Assembly (NCBI GenBank): GCA_035527715.1
Contig: DATKZY010000144.1
Location: forward strand, 4,444 to 68,443
Reading direction: 5' to 3'
DNA from: Planctomycetota bacterium
GTDB taxonomy: Bacteria > Planctomycetota > PUPC01 > DSUN01
DNA length: 64,000 nt
Shown here: positions 1-9,892 of the stretch, piece after piece
How positions within the stretch are numbered: the first letter of the stretch is position 1
How the letters are laid out: each line of letters starts with the position of its first letter
The notes under the pieces: generated by a model
The model's input: the letters and a program-made list of their open reading frames with translations, nothing else
The model's database searches: none
What the model was told of the DNA's origin: nothing
Program-made: the position numbers and the translations under genes

Positions 1-819
1 ACCATCGTCCTGGCCGTGGGGATGACCTACGTGCTGATCATCGCGGGGATTGACCTGTCGGTAGGCTCGGTGCTCGCCCTGAGCGTGGCCGTGATGGCCC
101 AGGTGCTCACGAGCGTGAAAGGGCCGCTCGCACTGCCGCTGGGCGTGGTGGCCTGCCTGGCCACGGGCCTCGTGTGCGGCGCGATCAACGGTGCGGTGAC
201 GGTCGCCTGGCGGCTCCCCGCGTTCATCGTCACCCTCGGCATGCTCGAGATGGCCCGCGGGGCCGCCTACTTTGCCACGGCCAAGCGCACGCTGTACTTC
301 GAGTCCAGGGTCTCGGCCCTCTCCGAGGTCTTCCTCGGCGGGCTGTCGCTCTCCTTCTATGTCGCGTTGGCCATTGTCGCCCTGGCGCAGTTCGTCCTCA
401 CCCGCAGCGTGCTCGGGCGTTACATGGTGGCCATCGGCACGAACGAGGAGGCGGTGCGGCTGTCGGGGATTCGCCCGCGCCCGGTCAAGTTCGCCGTCTT
501 CGCCCTGTGCGGGCTGCTCACCGGCCTGGCGGCGGTGATGCACGCCCTGAAATCGCCCTCGGCCAACCCGGGCATCGGCCAGGGCTACGAGCTGGACGCC
601 ATCGCCGCTGCGGTCATCGGCGGCACGAGCCTCATGGGCGGCAGGGGTTCCGTCGTCGGCTCGTTCTTCGGCGTCCTGATCATGGCCGTGCTCTGGTTTG
701 GCCTTGCCGGCCTGGGCGTGGCCGAGGAGTACAAGCGCTTCGTCACCGGCCTCGCCATCGTGGCGGCCGCCATCGCCGAATACTATCGCCGGCGCATGGC
801 CCGAGCCGAGAGAGCATAA
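1..819 (+). CDS. ABC transporter permease (sugar/ribose-type family), C-terminal portion; the 5' end lies outside the window
   Basis: Open frame from nt 1 to TAA at 817-819. Multi-pass hydrophobic protein with the typical permease segment ...AIGTNEEAVRLSGI... and ...GGTSLMGGRGSVVGSFFGVLIMAVL... Confidence 0.8.
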   Translation, partial: TIVLAVGMTYVLIIAGIDLSVGSVLALSVAVMAQVLTSVKGPLALPLGVVACLATGLVCGAINGAVTVAWRLPAFIVTLGMLEMARGAAYFATAKRTLYFESRVSALSEVFLGGLSLSFYVALAIVALAQFVLTRSVLGRYMVAIGTNEEAVRLSGIRPRPVKFAVFALCGLLTGLAAVMHALKSPSANPGIGQGYELDAIAAAVIGGTSLMGGRGSVVGSFFGVLIMAVLWFGLAGLGVAEEYKRFVTGLAIVAAAIAEYYRRRMARAERA

Positions 820-830
820 GGAGGCCCTCG

Positions 831-3800
831 ATGACCACGTGCTTGCTGGCCAAGGCCCTCGCGGCTGTCGCGTTCGTGGCCGTCGCCGCGGCAGCGCAGC
901 AGAAGACCATTGAGGGCCTCGCCGGTCAGGCCGCCGACGTCGCCCCCAGCGCCTACCTCTTCAGGTCTGACCGCCAGGCTACGGAGAACCCGCCCGAGGC
1001 CTGGCTCCTCCTGGCACAGTGGGCCGGCCTCCCGTTCGACAAGCCCATTGACCCAAACGCTCCCCGGCTCAAAAAGGCCCTCTGCGGCCTCCTGTGGGAG
1101 GAGGTGCGCCCCGTGCGGCGCGTCGAGCTGTCGTGGCCGGGGGACGCTGCGAACCGACCCTCCCCCGGAGACGTGACGGTGGCCTTCTTCGACGCCACCG
1201 ACGCCACCGCCCACACCTGGTGGAACCCCCGCACGGTGCGCGAGGCGGCCAAGCCTGAGGTCTCGGTTGACGGCCTCGTCTATACGTATGCCATTCCCGT
1301 GGACACCTGGGGCATTGTGGCCGCGGTCCGCGGCGAAGGGGACGCCTCGGCCTGTCCCGTGCCAGCGATCCGCGCCTTCGTGGCCGACACCTGGAAGAAG
1401 ATGGAGGTGGAACTCGAATGGGGCTTCGAGGACGCGCGGTCCGACCTGGCCTATGACGGAAGCCTCCAGCCCTACGACGGCATCCTCGGCGAGGTCCGGC
1501 CGCTGGAGGGCGATTCGGGCACGACCCCGACGGGCCCCCAGGCTTGGGCCTCGGCGAAGAAGGGCGACGGGCGCAGAGGTGTCAGGTTCAGCCTCCTCTA
1601 CATTGGCTCCTCGCGCTGGCGCCGCACCTGGCCGTACCACGCCCAACCCGACGACGTGGCCCGCACCATCGTGACCGCGTGGACGAAGTCGGGCAGCTTC
1701 TCCTTCCTTGCCGCCGACCTGGAGCGCGGCCCCATCCTCGCCCCTGAGCACGGGTTCTTCGTCCGCTCCGTCTCCCGGGAACAGGCGCCGGCGCCTGCGG
1801 CCGATGCCCCGAAGGCCCTCCCCTCCGGGCAGGCCCTGGACACGGAAATGGACTCCATCCCTGGCATTCCGCTGGTGCGGGGGTGGGCCAGCAACGTCAT
1901 CCCGTGGTTCGGCGTCAACCCGACCGACAAGTCGGCAACGGCGGGGTCGCTGACGATTCCCGCGCGCTGCGCCGCGATGCATCCACTGCCGGACCGCGAC
2001 GTCGCCGTCGCCTGGCGCAGCCCGATCAGGGGTCGGGTCAGGCTGAAGGGCAAGGTCGCTGCCGCCGACGCGCGGGGCGGCAACGGCACCGAGTGGGCCC
2101 TCGTGCACGAGAGTAAGGCGGGCCGAGTCGTCCTCGCACGCGGCGCGATCACCCCAGGGCATTCGCAGTGCATCCCGCAGGAAGCGGCGGACGCGAAGCT
2201 GGCCGACGTGGCGGTCGAGGCAGGCGACGCGCTCTCGCTCGCCGTGGGCGCCAAGGGCGGCAACCACATGTGTGACACGACCATCGTCGAGCTTGTCGTG
2301 ACGGAGACGGGTGGGGAGAAGCGCACGTGGGATCTCGTGAAGGACGTTGCCGACAGCATCCATGCGGGCAATCCCCACGCCGACGGCTTCGGCAGCCCGG
2401 GTGTGTGGCACTTCCTCTCCGTCGAGGCCCAGGCGGGGGCTGGGCAGGCGTCCGCCGATGCCCCGCCCTTCGACCAAGCGTCCCGTGCGGCGTCCGCTCG
2501 CGACTTCCTCAAGGAACTCGCCGCCAGGGGCCTCTCCACCATCCGCCAACACGTCCGCAAGCACCCCGAACAGAGCTGGGAGGGTGCGGTGCGGGCCCTG
2601 CACGGGGCCGGGCCGCTCCCGCCCCACCCCAAGCCGGCGTTCGAGCCGGCCATGCAGCTCGAAGTCCCCTGCGACCGACTCGCCGCCCAGTGGAAGCTCG
2701 GGGCCTGGCACATCCTGCGCCATGCAGTGAAGGACGCAAAGGGAGCCTGGCGCTTCAACGATTTCCCCTTCGGCATTCTTGCGTCGGAGACCTACATGTT
2801 CCTCCGCGCGCTCGACCTGCAGGGGATGCACAAGGAGGCCGCCGACGGCCTGGACCAGTGGCTGTCGCTGCCCATGCAGCCGAAGGCTTCCGCGGGCACC
2901 CACGGGAACTCGAAGCCCGACAGGCCCCTCGGCCACTTCGCCGACGGCGACGGCTGCCTCACCCACGCCACAGGCCCAGACGGCGCGGGCGGGCACATGG
3001 ACGCCGTCCACTCCATGGGGCCTGGCGCCATCGCGTTCGCCCTCTCCGAGCACTTCCTCCTCACGGGCGACACCGAGTGGCTGAAGGCCCACGCCCCGCG
3101 CATGAAGGCCAACGCCGAATGGATACTGCGCCAGCGCCGTCTCCTCGGGCGCAACGTGCCGGGCGGCGACCGCCTCTGGGGCCACGGCCTCCAGCCGGCA
3201 CACGTCGTCACCCCCGACAGCCATTGCATGCACATGCAGTTCTACGAGTCCGAGGCCTATTACTGGCTCGCCGTGAAACGCATGGCCGAGCTGCTGGCCC
3301 TCCTTGATCCGGCGGAGGGCGCCCAGATGGCCGCCGAGGCCGAGGCATATCGCAAGAGCCTGCTGGCGGCGATTGACCGCTCCATCACCCTCACCCCCGT
3401 CGTGGCCGTGCGGGACGGCACCTATCGCTCATTCATCCCCTTCTCCCCCTACGTTCGCGGCTTCGCGGCGGGGGCCTGGGGCTGGCGGAGGTGCCAGGGA
3501 CACGTCGGCGCGATCTACTGGGACACCGTGCAGTCGGCCGACCCCCTCATCAGCCCCAGCGGCCTCCTCGCGCCCAGCGACCCGCGCGTCCAGGGCCACC
3601 TCGATGTGCTCGAAGACCGCCTGCTGCTGGAGAACACGAAGATACGGGAGCGGAGGCCAGCCTTCGACGCCGAGAAGGACTGGTTCTCACACGCAAGCTG
3701 GCAGTACCAGTGCGGGCTGGAGCGCCACGCGAACATCCACATCGCGGCCGATGACCCCCCGAACTTCCTCCGCTCGATGCTGAACCAGTACGCCGTGGAC

Positions 3801-4241
3801 ATCATGCCTGGCGACTACACGTTCCGCGAGCACACGACCGGCGGGCCGCCGGATAAGCCATACGAGGAGTCCTGCTTCCTCGAACGCCTCCGCATGATGC
3901 TCGTGATGGAGGATGCCGGCCGCCTGTGGCTCGCGCGGGCCGTGCCACGGGCATGGCTCGAGCAGGGGAAGAGAATCGCGGTCAGGAACGCGCCGACCCA
4001 CTTCGGGCCGGTGGACTACGAGATCGTCTCGGACGCCGACCGGGGACGGATCGCGGCGACGGTGAGCCTGCCGGCGCGCCGTGCGCCCGAGGCCATCCTG
4101 CTGCGCCTGCGCCATCCCAAGGCTGCACCAATCCGCAGTGTCACCGTCAACGCACAACCGTGGACGGACTTCGACGCCACGCAGGAGACTGTCCGGCTGC
4201 ACGACGCAAGAGGAACGATAAGGGTGGAGGCGCGTTACTGA
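831..4241 (+). CDS. Large secreted hypothetical protein (~1136 aa), possibly a glycoside hydrolase-like (alpha/alpha)6-type enzyme; function not assignable from sequence alone
   Basis: ATG at 831 preceded by AAGGAGG at 818-824. N-terminal signal peptide MTTCLLAKALAAVAFVAVAAAAQQ. The track ORF 174..4241 is an over-extension that overlaps the upstream permease in another frame. Confidence 0.6.
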   Translation: MTTCLLAKALAAVAFVAVAAAAQQKTIEGLAGQAADVAPSAYLFRSDRQATENPPEAWLLLAQWAGLPFDKPIDPNAPRLKKALCGLLWEEVRPVRRVELSWPGDAANRPSPGDVTVAFFDATDATAHTWWNPRTVREAAKPEVSVDGLVYTYAIPVDTWGIVAAVRGEGDASACPVPAIRAFVADTWKKMEVELEWGFEDARSDLAYDGSLQPYDGILGEVRPLEGDSGTTPTGPQAWASAKKGDGRRGVRFSLLYIGSSRWRRTWPYHAQPDDVARTIVTAWTKSGSFSFLAADLERGPILAPEHGFFVRSVSREQAPAPAADAPKALPSGQALDTEMDSIPGIPLVRGWASNVIPWFGVNPTDKSATAGSLTIPARCAAMHPLPDRDVAVAWRSPIRGRVRLKGKVAAADARGGNGTEWALVHESKAGRVVLARGAITPGHSQCIPQEAADAKLADVAVEAGDALSLAVGAKGGNHMCDTTIVELVVTETGGEKRTWDLVKDVADSIHAGNPHADGFGSPGVWHFLSVEAQAGAGQASADAPPFDQASRAASARDFLKELAARGLSTIRQHVRKHPEQSWEGAVRALHGAGPLPPHPKPAFEPAMQLEVPCDRLAAQWKLGAWHILRHAVKDAKGAWRFNDFPFGILASETYMFLRALDLQGMHKEAADGLDQWLSLPMQPKASAGTHGNSKPDRPLGHFADGDGCLTHATGPDGAGGHMDAVHSMGPGAIAFALSEHFLLTGDTEWLKAHAPRMKANAEWILRQRRLLGRNVPGGDRLWGHGLQPAHVVTPDSHCMHMQFYESEAYYWLAVKRMAELLALLDPAEGAQMAAEAEAYRKSLLAAIDRSITLTPVVAVRDGTYRSFIPFSPYVRGFAAGAWGWRRCQGHVGAIYWDTVQSADPLISPSGLLAPSDPRVQGHLDVLEDRLLLENTKIRERRPAFDAEKDWFSHASWQYQCGLERHANIHIAADDPPNFLRSMLNQYAVDIMPGDYTFREHTTGGPPDKPYEESCFLERLRMMLVMEDAGRLWLARAVPRAWLEQGKRIAVRNAPTHFGPVDYEIVSDADRGRIAATVSLPARRAPEAILLRLRHPKAAPIRSVTVNAQPWTDFDATQETVRLHDARGTIRVEARY

Positions 4242-4286
4242 GGCCGGCGGCGGATGGCCAAGGCCGAACGAGAGTGAGGAGGCATC

Positions 4287-5936
4287 ATGCGCCAAGTGCT
4301 ACTGGCCCTTGTCGCTCTCTTGCCCGGTTGCGGGGTTCCGTCGTGGATGCACGTCGCTCGCCCGTCCTGGTTCACGTTGGGCTGCGCCGACACGATGGAG
4401 AAGGTGTTCCGCGATGAGCCGTGGACGCGCGGCCCGGCCGAGAAGCTGGCCATCGAGGCCGCGCGCAACGACGTCGAGGGTATCCAGCTCGTCGTAGCCC
4501 CGACCGGCAAGGATGGCCTCCGCTCCGTCACCGTCGAGGTGACCGACCTGCGGTGCGGCCGCTCGACCATCCCGAAGGCCAGCGTCACCTGGAACGTCGT
4601 CGGCTACGTGAAGACCGAGAAGCCGGCCTACAAAGCGCCCAGGGTCGGCTGGTGGCCCGACCCGCTCCTGCCGGCGACGCCCTTCGACGTGAAGGCCGGC
4701 GAGGTGCAGCCCGTGTGGCTCAGCGTGCGCGTGCCCGACGACGCGAGGCCCGGCCTCTATCGCGGCAAGGTCACCGTCCGCGCCGGCCGGCTGAAGCGCT
4801 CGCTGCCCATCGAGCTTCGCGTGTGGGACTTCGCCATCCCGAAGCAGCAGCACCTGGAGACCTGTTTCCTCCTCCGCCCCGACGAGCTACAGCGGTTCTA
4901 CCGCCTCAAGAGCGTGCCCATCGAGATGTATGAGTCGTGGATGGACTTCTGTCTCGACCGCCGCATCTGTCCCGCGCTCTACGATTGGACGCACCTCGAG
5001 CGGGATCTGGAGCGGCTCGTCGCCCGCCAGCTCGACCGCGGCGGCGCGTGCTTCGGCATCGCCTACGCCTGGCCACGAAAGGGCACGCCCGAGGAACGAG
5101 CGAAGCACAACGAGCCGCAGATCACCGCCATCCGCAAGCTCTACGAGCGCGTGAAGGCCCGCGGCTGGCTGCCCAAGGCCTACGTCTACTGCCACGACGA
5201 GGTCGGCAAGGAGCACTACGACATCGCCCGCGAGCTTTACTCCGCCCTCAAGAAGGCCATGCCCGGCCTCCGCCTGATGCAAACCTTCTACAAGGACAGC
5301 CCGATCCCCGCCCTCGACGACTGCCTCGACATCTGGGCGCCCGTCACCGGCCGCTATCGCAAGGAGGAGTTCCAGGCCCAGCAGGCCAAGGGCGACGAGG
5401 TCTGGTGGTACGTCTGCTGCGGCCCGGGCAAGCCCTACGCCAACCTGATGATCGAGTGGCCGGGCATTGACCACCGCATCCTGCTCTGGCAGACCTGGAA
5501 GCTCGGCGTCACCGGCTTCCTCTACTGGGGCATCAACGTCTTCGCCAGCAACTCGAAGGGCGAGAAGCGCTGGCCCGAGGCCGCCTGGGACCCCGCGACG
5601 TTTGTCAACCAGCAGGGCGGCCGCCACCACGGCGACGGACAACTCCTCTACCCCGGCCCCGACCGCCTGCCCCTCTCTTCAGTGCGCCTGGAGAACTTCC
5701 GCGACGGCCTGGAGGACTACGAATGCCTCTGGCTCCTCCGCGACGCCGTGACGAGGCTCAAGAAGGCGGGGGGCCACGACGCCCTGGTCGCCGAGGCCGA
5801 ACGTGTCCTCGCCATTGACGACGCGGTGGTGAAGGACCTGCGTCAGTTCACCCAGGACCCGCAGGCCCTGCGAGCCGCGCGGGCGGCTCTCGCCGCCCTC
5901 ATCGAGCGCGTTCACGCGGCGCTCGAACGCCGCTGA
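4287..5936 (+). CDS. Lipoprotein, DUF4091/GH123-like putative glycoside hydrolase
   Basis: ATG at 4287 with GAGGAGG 4 nt upstream. Lipobox LLPGCG. Composition and length (549 aa) resemble DUF4091 glycosidase-like proteins. The family call rests on recalled motifs, not an alignment. Confidence 0.55.
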   Translation: MRQVLLALVALLPGCGVPSWMHVARPSWFTLGCADTMEKVFRDEPWTRGPAEKLAIEAARNDVEGIQLVVAPTGKDGLRSVTVEVTDLRCGRSTIPKASVTWNVVGYVKTEKPAYKAPRVGWWPDPLLPATPFDVKAGEVQPVWLSVRVPDDARPGLYRGKVTVRAGRLKRSLPIELRVWDFAIPKQQHLETCFLLRPDELQRFYRLKSVPIEMYESWMDFCLDRRICPALYDWTHLERDLERLVARQLDRGGACFGIAYAWPRKGTPEERAKHNEPQITAIRKLYERVKARGWLPKAYVYCHDEVGKEHYDIARELYSALKKAMPGLRLMQTFYKDSPIPALDDCLDIWAPVTGRYRKEEFQAQQAKGDEVWWYVCCGPGKPYANLMIEWPGIDHRILLWQTWKLGVTGFLYWGINVFASNSKGEKRWPEAAWDPATFVNQQGGRHHGDGQLLYPGPDRLPLSSVRLENFRDGLEDYECLWLLRDAVTRLKKAGGHDALVAEAERVLAIDDAVVKDLRQFTQDPQALRAARAALAALIERVHAALERR

Positions 5937-6483
5937 CGAGGCGTTCGCCGAGGGCCTTCGCGGCGGCCAGGAGGTCGGGGCGGCGGCGGGCGGCGTCGGG
6001 CGGGCCAAGGCGTGGCTCGACCATGAGCTCGACGGGCTCGAACCGCCCGAACCAGCCGAAGTAGGCGGCCAGGCGGCGGGCCATCTCGCGGTAGAACGCG
6101 ATGGTGTCGGCCTCATAGGTCAGGAGAATCGCCGCCGCGCGCTGCCGCTCCTTCTTGCGGGGATCAGAGATGAAGCAGCGGCAGCGGTCGAAGAAGGTCT
6201 TGAGCTGGCCCGAGACGCCATCGAAGTAGACGGGCGAGGAGAAGAGCCACACGTCGGCATCTCGCAGCTTCCCGATGACGGGGGTGAGGCCGTCCTCCTG
6301 CGGGCAGCGGCCCGCGGCGAGGCAGGCGTCGCAGGCCTGGCAGCCGGCGTAGGTGAGTTCGTTCAGGCGCACGAGATCGACGGTGGCGCCCGCGGCCCGC
6401 GCGCCATCGAACGCGGCAGCCAGGAGCGTTTCCGAGTTGCCGCCGCGCCGAGGGCTGCCCGAGATGCCGAGAACCGTAACCAT
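5899..6483 (-). CDS. NADPH-dependent FMN reductase family flavoprotein (flavodoxin-like fold)
   Basis: Start MVTVLGISGSPRRGGNSETLL..., the classic GSxRxxS phosphate-binding loop of the PF03358-type family. GAGGAG RBS upstream. The track ORF 5899..8016 over-extends through the intergenic region. Confidence 0.75.
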   Translation of the reverse strand: MVTVLGISGSPRRGGNSETLLAAAFDGARAAGATVDLVRLNELTYAGCQACDACLAAGRCPQEDGLTPVIGKLRDADVWLFSSPVYFDGVSGQLKTFFDRCRCFISDPRKKERQRAAAILLTYEADTIAFYREMARRLAAYFGWFGRFEPVELMVEPRLGPPDAARRRPDLLAAAKALGERLVSGVRAPRERAR

Positions 6484-6594
6484 CGCGTTCTCCTCGACCG
6501 GGGGTTTACTCCCGCCCCCACACAGTGTATCCTTGGGGAGCGTTGGGGCAAGTCGCTTTCCTTCCCTCGTGTGGGAGTGCGGAGGATGACGCCG

Positions 6595-7815
6595 ATGCGC
6601 GCGATGGTGCTCTTCGCCCCTGTGGTCCTGCTTGGAGCGCTGCTCATGGCAAGCCGCCGTCCGGCCGGGGCCGCTGAGCTCGCGGTCGAGGACTTCAAGT
6701 TCGACGGGCCGCTCGGCTCGCAAGGCACAACCATCGAGAAGGTCGGCACGAATCACTTCAAGGTCACCCTCGGCCACGCGCCCAGGCAGAAGGGCTGGAA
6801 TAACAAGCTCCAGTTCCAGATCACCCGCAACGCGAAGGGCAATGCGCTCCGCCTCGATGTCGTCTTCCTCGGCGGCAACGCCTACACCCTCAACGAGTAC
6901 TTCCACTCGTGGTCCCACGACGCCAGGACGTGGCACCCCATCCAGTGGAAGCACAAGTCGAGAGACTCCGCGAAGGGCGACGCGCTGGAGTTCCCCGAGT
7001 TCGCGGAGGACATCGTCTACGTCGGCCACCAGGTGCCCATGTCGTACGAGGACACCGTGGCGATGATCGAGGAGTGGAGGAAGAGCCCGTTCGTGAAGGC
7101 ACACGTCATCGGCCAGTCGCTCGGCAAGCGCGACATCCATCGGGTCGAGATCACCGACCCGAAGAGCCCCCACCCCGAGGCGGCACGCTGGGTCCACTAC
7201 TTTGGGAACCAGCACCCGGGCGAGCACAACGCACAATGGCGCATGGTGGGGATGATCGAGTGGCTTCTGAGCGAGGCGGGGGCCGACTGCCGCCAGCGAA
7301 GCATCTGCCACTTCGTGCTCATGACCAGCCCCGATGCCCCCTCGAAGGGCTGGTATCGCGTCAACGCCCAGGGCGTGGACATGAACCGCTCGTATCGCGC
7401 CGAAGGCGCCGACCCCGAGAAGCAGGCCCACGAGGCCTGCGTCGTGCAGAAGGACCTCGAGAAGCTCATGGCCTCGGCGGCGCCGGTGAGCGACCTGTGG
7501 AGCATGCACACCTGGGGCGGCATCGTCGAGCCGGTCCTCCTCGCCGGCCCCGAGATGGGCGCAAGGCTCGGCCCCTGGACCGGCCTCCGCGACGCCGTCG
7601 AGCGCCACGACCCCAAGAACCTCGTCAAGCCCCTGAAGCTCGATACCAAGCCCAGCCCGACCACCTACTGGACCGAGGGGCCGCACAAGCAGTTCGGCAT
7701 CACCACCGTGCTGTGCGAGGGCGGCGGCGCCATCTACACCAGGGACCGGAACAAAGAGTCCGGCGTGGTCCTCATCCAAGGCATCGCGGAGTACTACAAG
7801 GGCACGCGCAAGTAG
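6595..7815 (+). CDS. Secreted M14-family zinc carboxypeptidase-like protein
   Basis: Signal peptide. HxxE-type zinc motif GNQHPGEH. VDMNRSY resembles the M14 substrate-binding region. Start ambiguous: GTG 6571, ATG 6586 or ATG 6595. I chose 6595 because GGAGG lies 9 nt upstream. Confidence 0.6.
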   Translation: MRAMVLFAPVVLLGALLMASRRPAGAAELAVEDFKFDGPLGSQGTTIEKVGTNHFKVTLGHAPRQKGWNNKLQFQITRNAKGNALRLDVVFLGGNAYTLNEYFHSWSHDARTWHPIQWKHKSRDSAKGDALEFPEFAEDIVYVGHQVPMSYEDTVAMIEEWRKSPFVKAHVIGQSLGKRDIHRVEITDPKSPHPEAARWVHYFGNQHPGEHNAQWRMVGMIEWLLSEAGADCRQRSICHFVLMTSPDAPSKGWYRVNAQGVDMNRSYRAEGADPEKQAHEACVVQKDLEKLMASAAPVSDLWSMHTWGGIVEPVLLAGPEMGARLGPWTGLRDAVERHDPKNLVKPLKLDTKPSPTTYWTEGPHKQFGITTVLCEGGGAIYTRDRNKESGVVLIQGIAEYYKGTRK

Positions 7816-7819
7816 CGCG

Positions 7820-9001
7820 TCAAGGGGAGGGGGAGGCCCGGCGCCGCCGGCGGCGGGCCAGTGCGGCCAGGCCAGCCGCCACGAGCAGGGCCGTGGCCGG
7901 CTCGGGGGTGTAGTAGGCGCCCAGGACAGCTTCCGCCAGCTTGTTCTGCGGCGTGTAGGCCGTCGGATCGCTGTCCCCGCTCGGGTACGTGTTCCAGTTC
8001 CACCAGTAGTAGCCATCGAGCCACGAGCAGTCTATCGTCGCCGTGAAGGTAGCCGCATAACAGTCCGCCTGCTCCTGCTGATCCTCGGTCCCTACGATGG
8101 AGGAGTCGTATGGCCACCGGTTAGCGCCGTTGACGCTGCGGTAGCCGATTTCGGTGAACAGCACGTCGTCGGGGTCCTCGGGGGGCAGCGAGAAGAGCCA
8201 GGCTTCGATGGCATTGGCGCGGCCGTTCCAGGCCGTGACCAACTGGTCAAGGGTCGGATCGTCCACGCCGGTCAGCGGAAAATAGGCGTCAATCCCGATA
8301 TAGTCCAGGTCGTCCCACCAGCCGATCGTCTGGTAGTCGTCCCAGTTCGCCGCGTAGGTGAGCCAGCCGGAAGGGAAGTTGGTGCGGGCAAGGGCGATGG
8401 TGCTGCGCCACTGGGCCTCGTTCCACTGGGCGAGCTTGTACTCGCAGCCGATGCAGAAGGCGTCCACCCCCACGCCCGGGAGTGCCGCCCACGTCGTCCA
8501 GCGGTCTATGAACGCCTTGTAGCCATCGCCCGGGACGACACCGAACCAGGCGTCGTCCCCTGGGATGTCGCCGCGCCAGCCGCCGGCCGCCACGTCCACG
8601 ATCGGCTTCAGGAGCACCTTGATGCCGCGGTCGTGAAACTCCTGCACGGCGATCTGCGCGGAGGCCATGGTGGTGCTGTAGTCGGGCCACGGCGCCGTGT
8701 AGTCGGGCGCGATCATCGTCGCGGTAGGGTTGGCCTGGAACTCGAACACGTTCAGGGCCACCCACTGCACGTCGTCCGCCTGCATGTTGGTGACGGATTG
8801 CTTGAACGCGGCATAGACCGCGGGGTTCGTCAGGTCGTTGCCCCAGGGAGTGTACGACATGCCCTGCTGGAGGGGCATGGCGGCGGCCGAGCCGCCCAGC
8901 GACAGCACGAGCGAGCCGAGGAAGGTGGGCACAAGCGTCCGGGTGGCGATCACACTCCATCCCCTACACAACGGCCGGTCACTCCCCCCGCCGTCAGCCA
9001 T
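7820..9001 (-). CDS. Clan GH-A (GH5/GH26/GH113-like) glycoside hydrolase with C-terminal PEP-CTERM sorting signal
   Basis: Acid/base WNE and nucleophile FTEIGY motifs typical of (beta/alpha)8 clan GH-A enzymes. C-terminus ...TPEPATALLVAAGLAALARRRRRRASPSP is PEP followed by a TM helix and an Arg-rich tail. N-terminal signal peptide. Start could be ATG 9001 or the internal GTG at 8951-8953. Confidence 0.6.
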   Translation of the reverse strand: MADGGGSDRPLCRGWSVIATRTLVPTFLGSLVLSLGGSAAAMPLQQGMSYTPWGNDLTNPAVYAAFKQSVTNMQADDVQWVALNVFEFQANPTATMIAPDYTAPWPDYSTTMASAQIAVQEFHDRGIKVLLKPIVDVAAGGWRGDIPGDDAWFGVVPGDGYKAFIDRWTTWAALPGVGVDAFCIGCEYKLAQWNEAQWRSTIALARTNFPSGWLTYAANWDDYQTIGWWDDLDYIGIDAYFPLTGVDDPTLDQLVTAWNGRANAIEAWLFSLPPEDPDDVLFTEIGYRSVNGANRWPYDSSIVGTEDQQEQADCYAATFTATIDCSWLDGYYWWNWNTYPSGDSDPTAYTPQNKLAEAVLGAYYTPEPATALLVAAGLAALARRRRRRASPSP

Positions 9002-9134
9002 TCTAGCGATCCGAGGAGGCGTGTCAACACTTTCTTGACATCGCCGGGCGATTTCCCCCCTTGACGCCCCCGCCCCGCTGCGCTACCATGCCGCCCCAAA
9101 CCAGGAACCCCCGGACCCTCAAGAGGAGCCTCCG

Positions 9135-9890
9135 ATGGAAATGGCCAAAGTGGTCCCGTGTCTGGACATCAAGGACGGCCGCGTGGTCAAGGGCGTGAAG
9201 TTCGTGAATCTGCGCGACGCGCGCGACCCGGCCGAGGCGGCCGCCGCCTACTGCAAACAGGGCGCCGACGAGGTGGTGTTCCTCGACATCGCGGCCACCG
9301 TCGAGAAGCGCAAGACCCGACTCGAATGGGTCAAGAAGGTCGTCAAGGTCGTCACCGTGCCCTTCGCCGTCGGCGGCGGCATCGGCTCGCTCGACGAGAT
9401 GAAGGCGCTCTTCGACCTCGGCGTGTCCAAGGTCTCGATCAACACGGCAGCGGTGCGCAACCCCGACCTCATCGAGGAGGCGGCCGACGCCTTCGGCCCC
9501 GACCGCATCGTCGTGGCCATTGACGCCCAGAAGGGCGAGCACGGCCTCGAAGTCCTCATCTCCGGCGGCGCCCGGAAGGCCGGCATCGAGCTCGTCGAAT
9601 GGGCGCAGCAGGTCGAGGACCTCGGCGCGGGCGAAATCCTCCTGACGAGCAAGGACGCCGATGGCATGCAGGACGGCTTCGACATCCCGATGACCAAGGC
9701 CGTGGCCGACGCCGTGACCATTCCCGTCACGGCCTCGGGCGGCTGCGGCAAGGTCGAGCACATGGCCGCCGCCATCCTCGAGGGCCACGCCACCAACGTC
9801 CTTGCCGCCTCGGTCTTCCACTTCGGCACCCTCACCGTCCGGCAGGTCAAGGAGCACCTCAAGAGTCAGGGGATTCCGGTAAGGCTGTGA
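9135..9890 (+). CDS. hisF: Imidazole glycerol phosphate synthase cyclase subunit HisF
   Basis: 251 aa with the full-length HisF pattern: VVPCLDIKDGRVVKG, VPFAVGGGI, ADKVSINTAA, ASGGCG. AGAGGAG RBS 6 nt upstream of ATG. Confidence 0.95.
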   Translation: MEMAKVVPCLDIKDGRVVKGVKFVNLRDARDPAEAAAAYCKQGADEVVFLDIAATVEKRKTRLEWVKKVVKVVTVPFAVGGGIGSLDEMKALFDLGVSKVSINTAAVRNPDLIEEAADAFGPDRIVVAIDAQKGEHGLEVLISGGARKAGIELVEWAQQVEDLGAGEILLTSKDADGMQDGFDIPMTKAVADAVTIPVTASGGCGKVEHMAAAILEGHATNVLAASVFHFGTLTVRQVKEHLKSQGIPVRL

Positions 9891-9892
9891 CA

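Noticed and set aside
783-3233. 816-aa minus-strand ORF antisense to gene 831..4241
   Set aside because: Arg/Gly/Pro-rich low-complexity translation typical of an antisense frame in ~70% GC DNA. No RBS, no domains. The sense strand carries a coherent signal-peptide protein.
174-4241. 1355-aa track ORF starting inside the permease gene
   Set aside because: The N-terminal 219 codons overlap the ABC permease in another frame and are Arg/Pro-rich GC artefact. The real start is ATG 831, with RBS AAGGAGG and a signal peptide.
5899-8016. 705-aa minus ORF
   Set aside because: Only the last 194 codons (5899..6483) form a real flavoprotein with an RBS. The remainder is antisense to the M14 carboxypeptidase-like gene.
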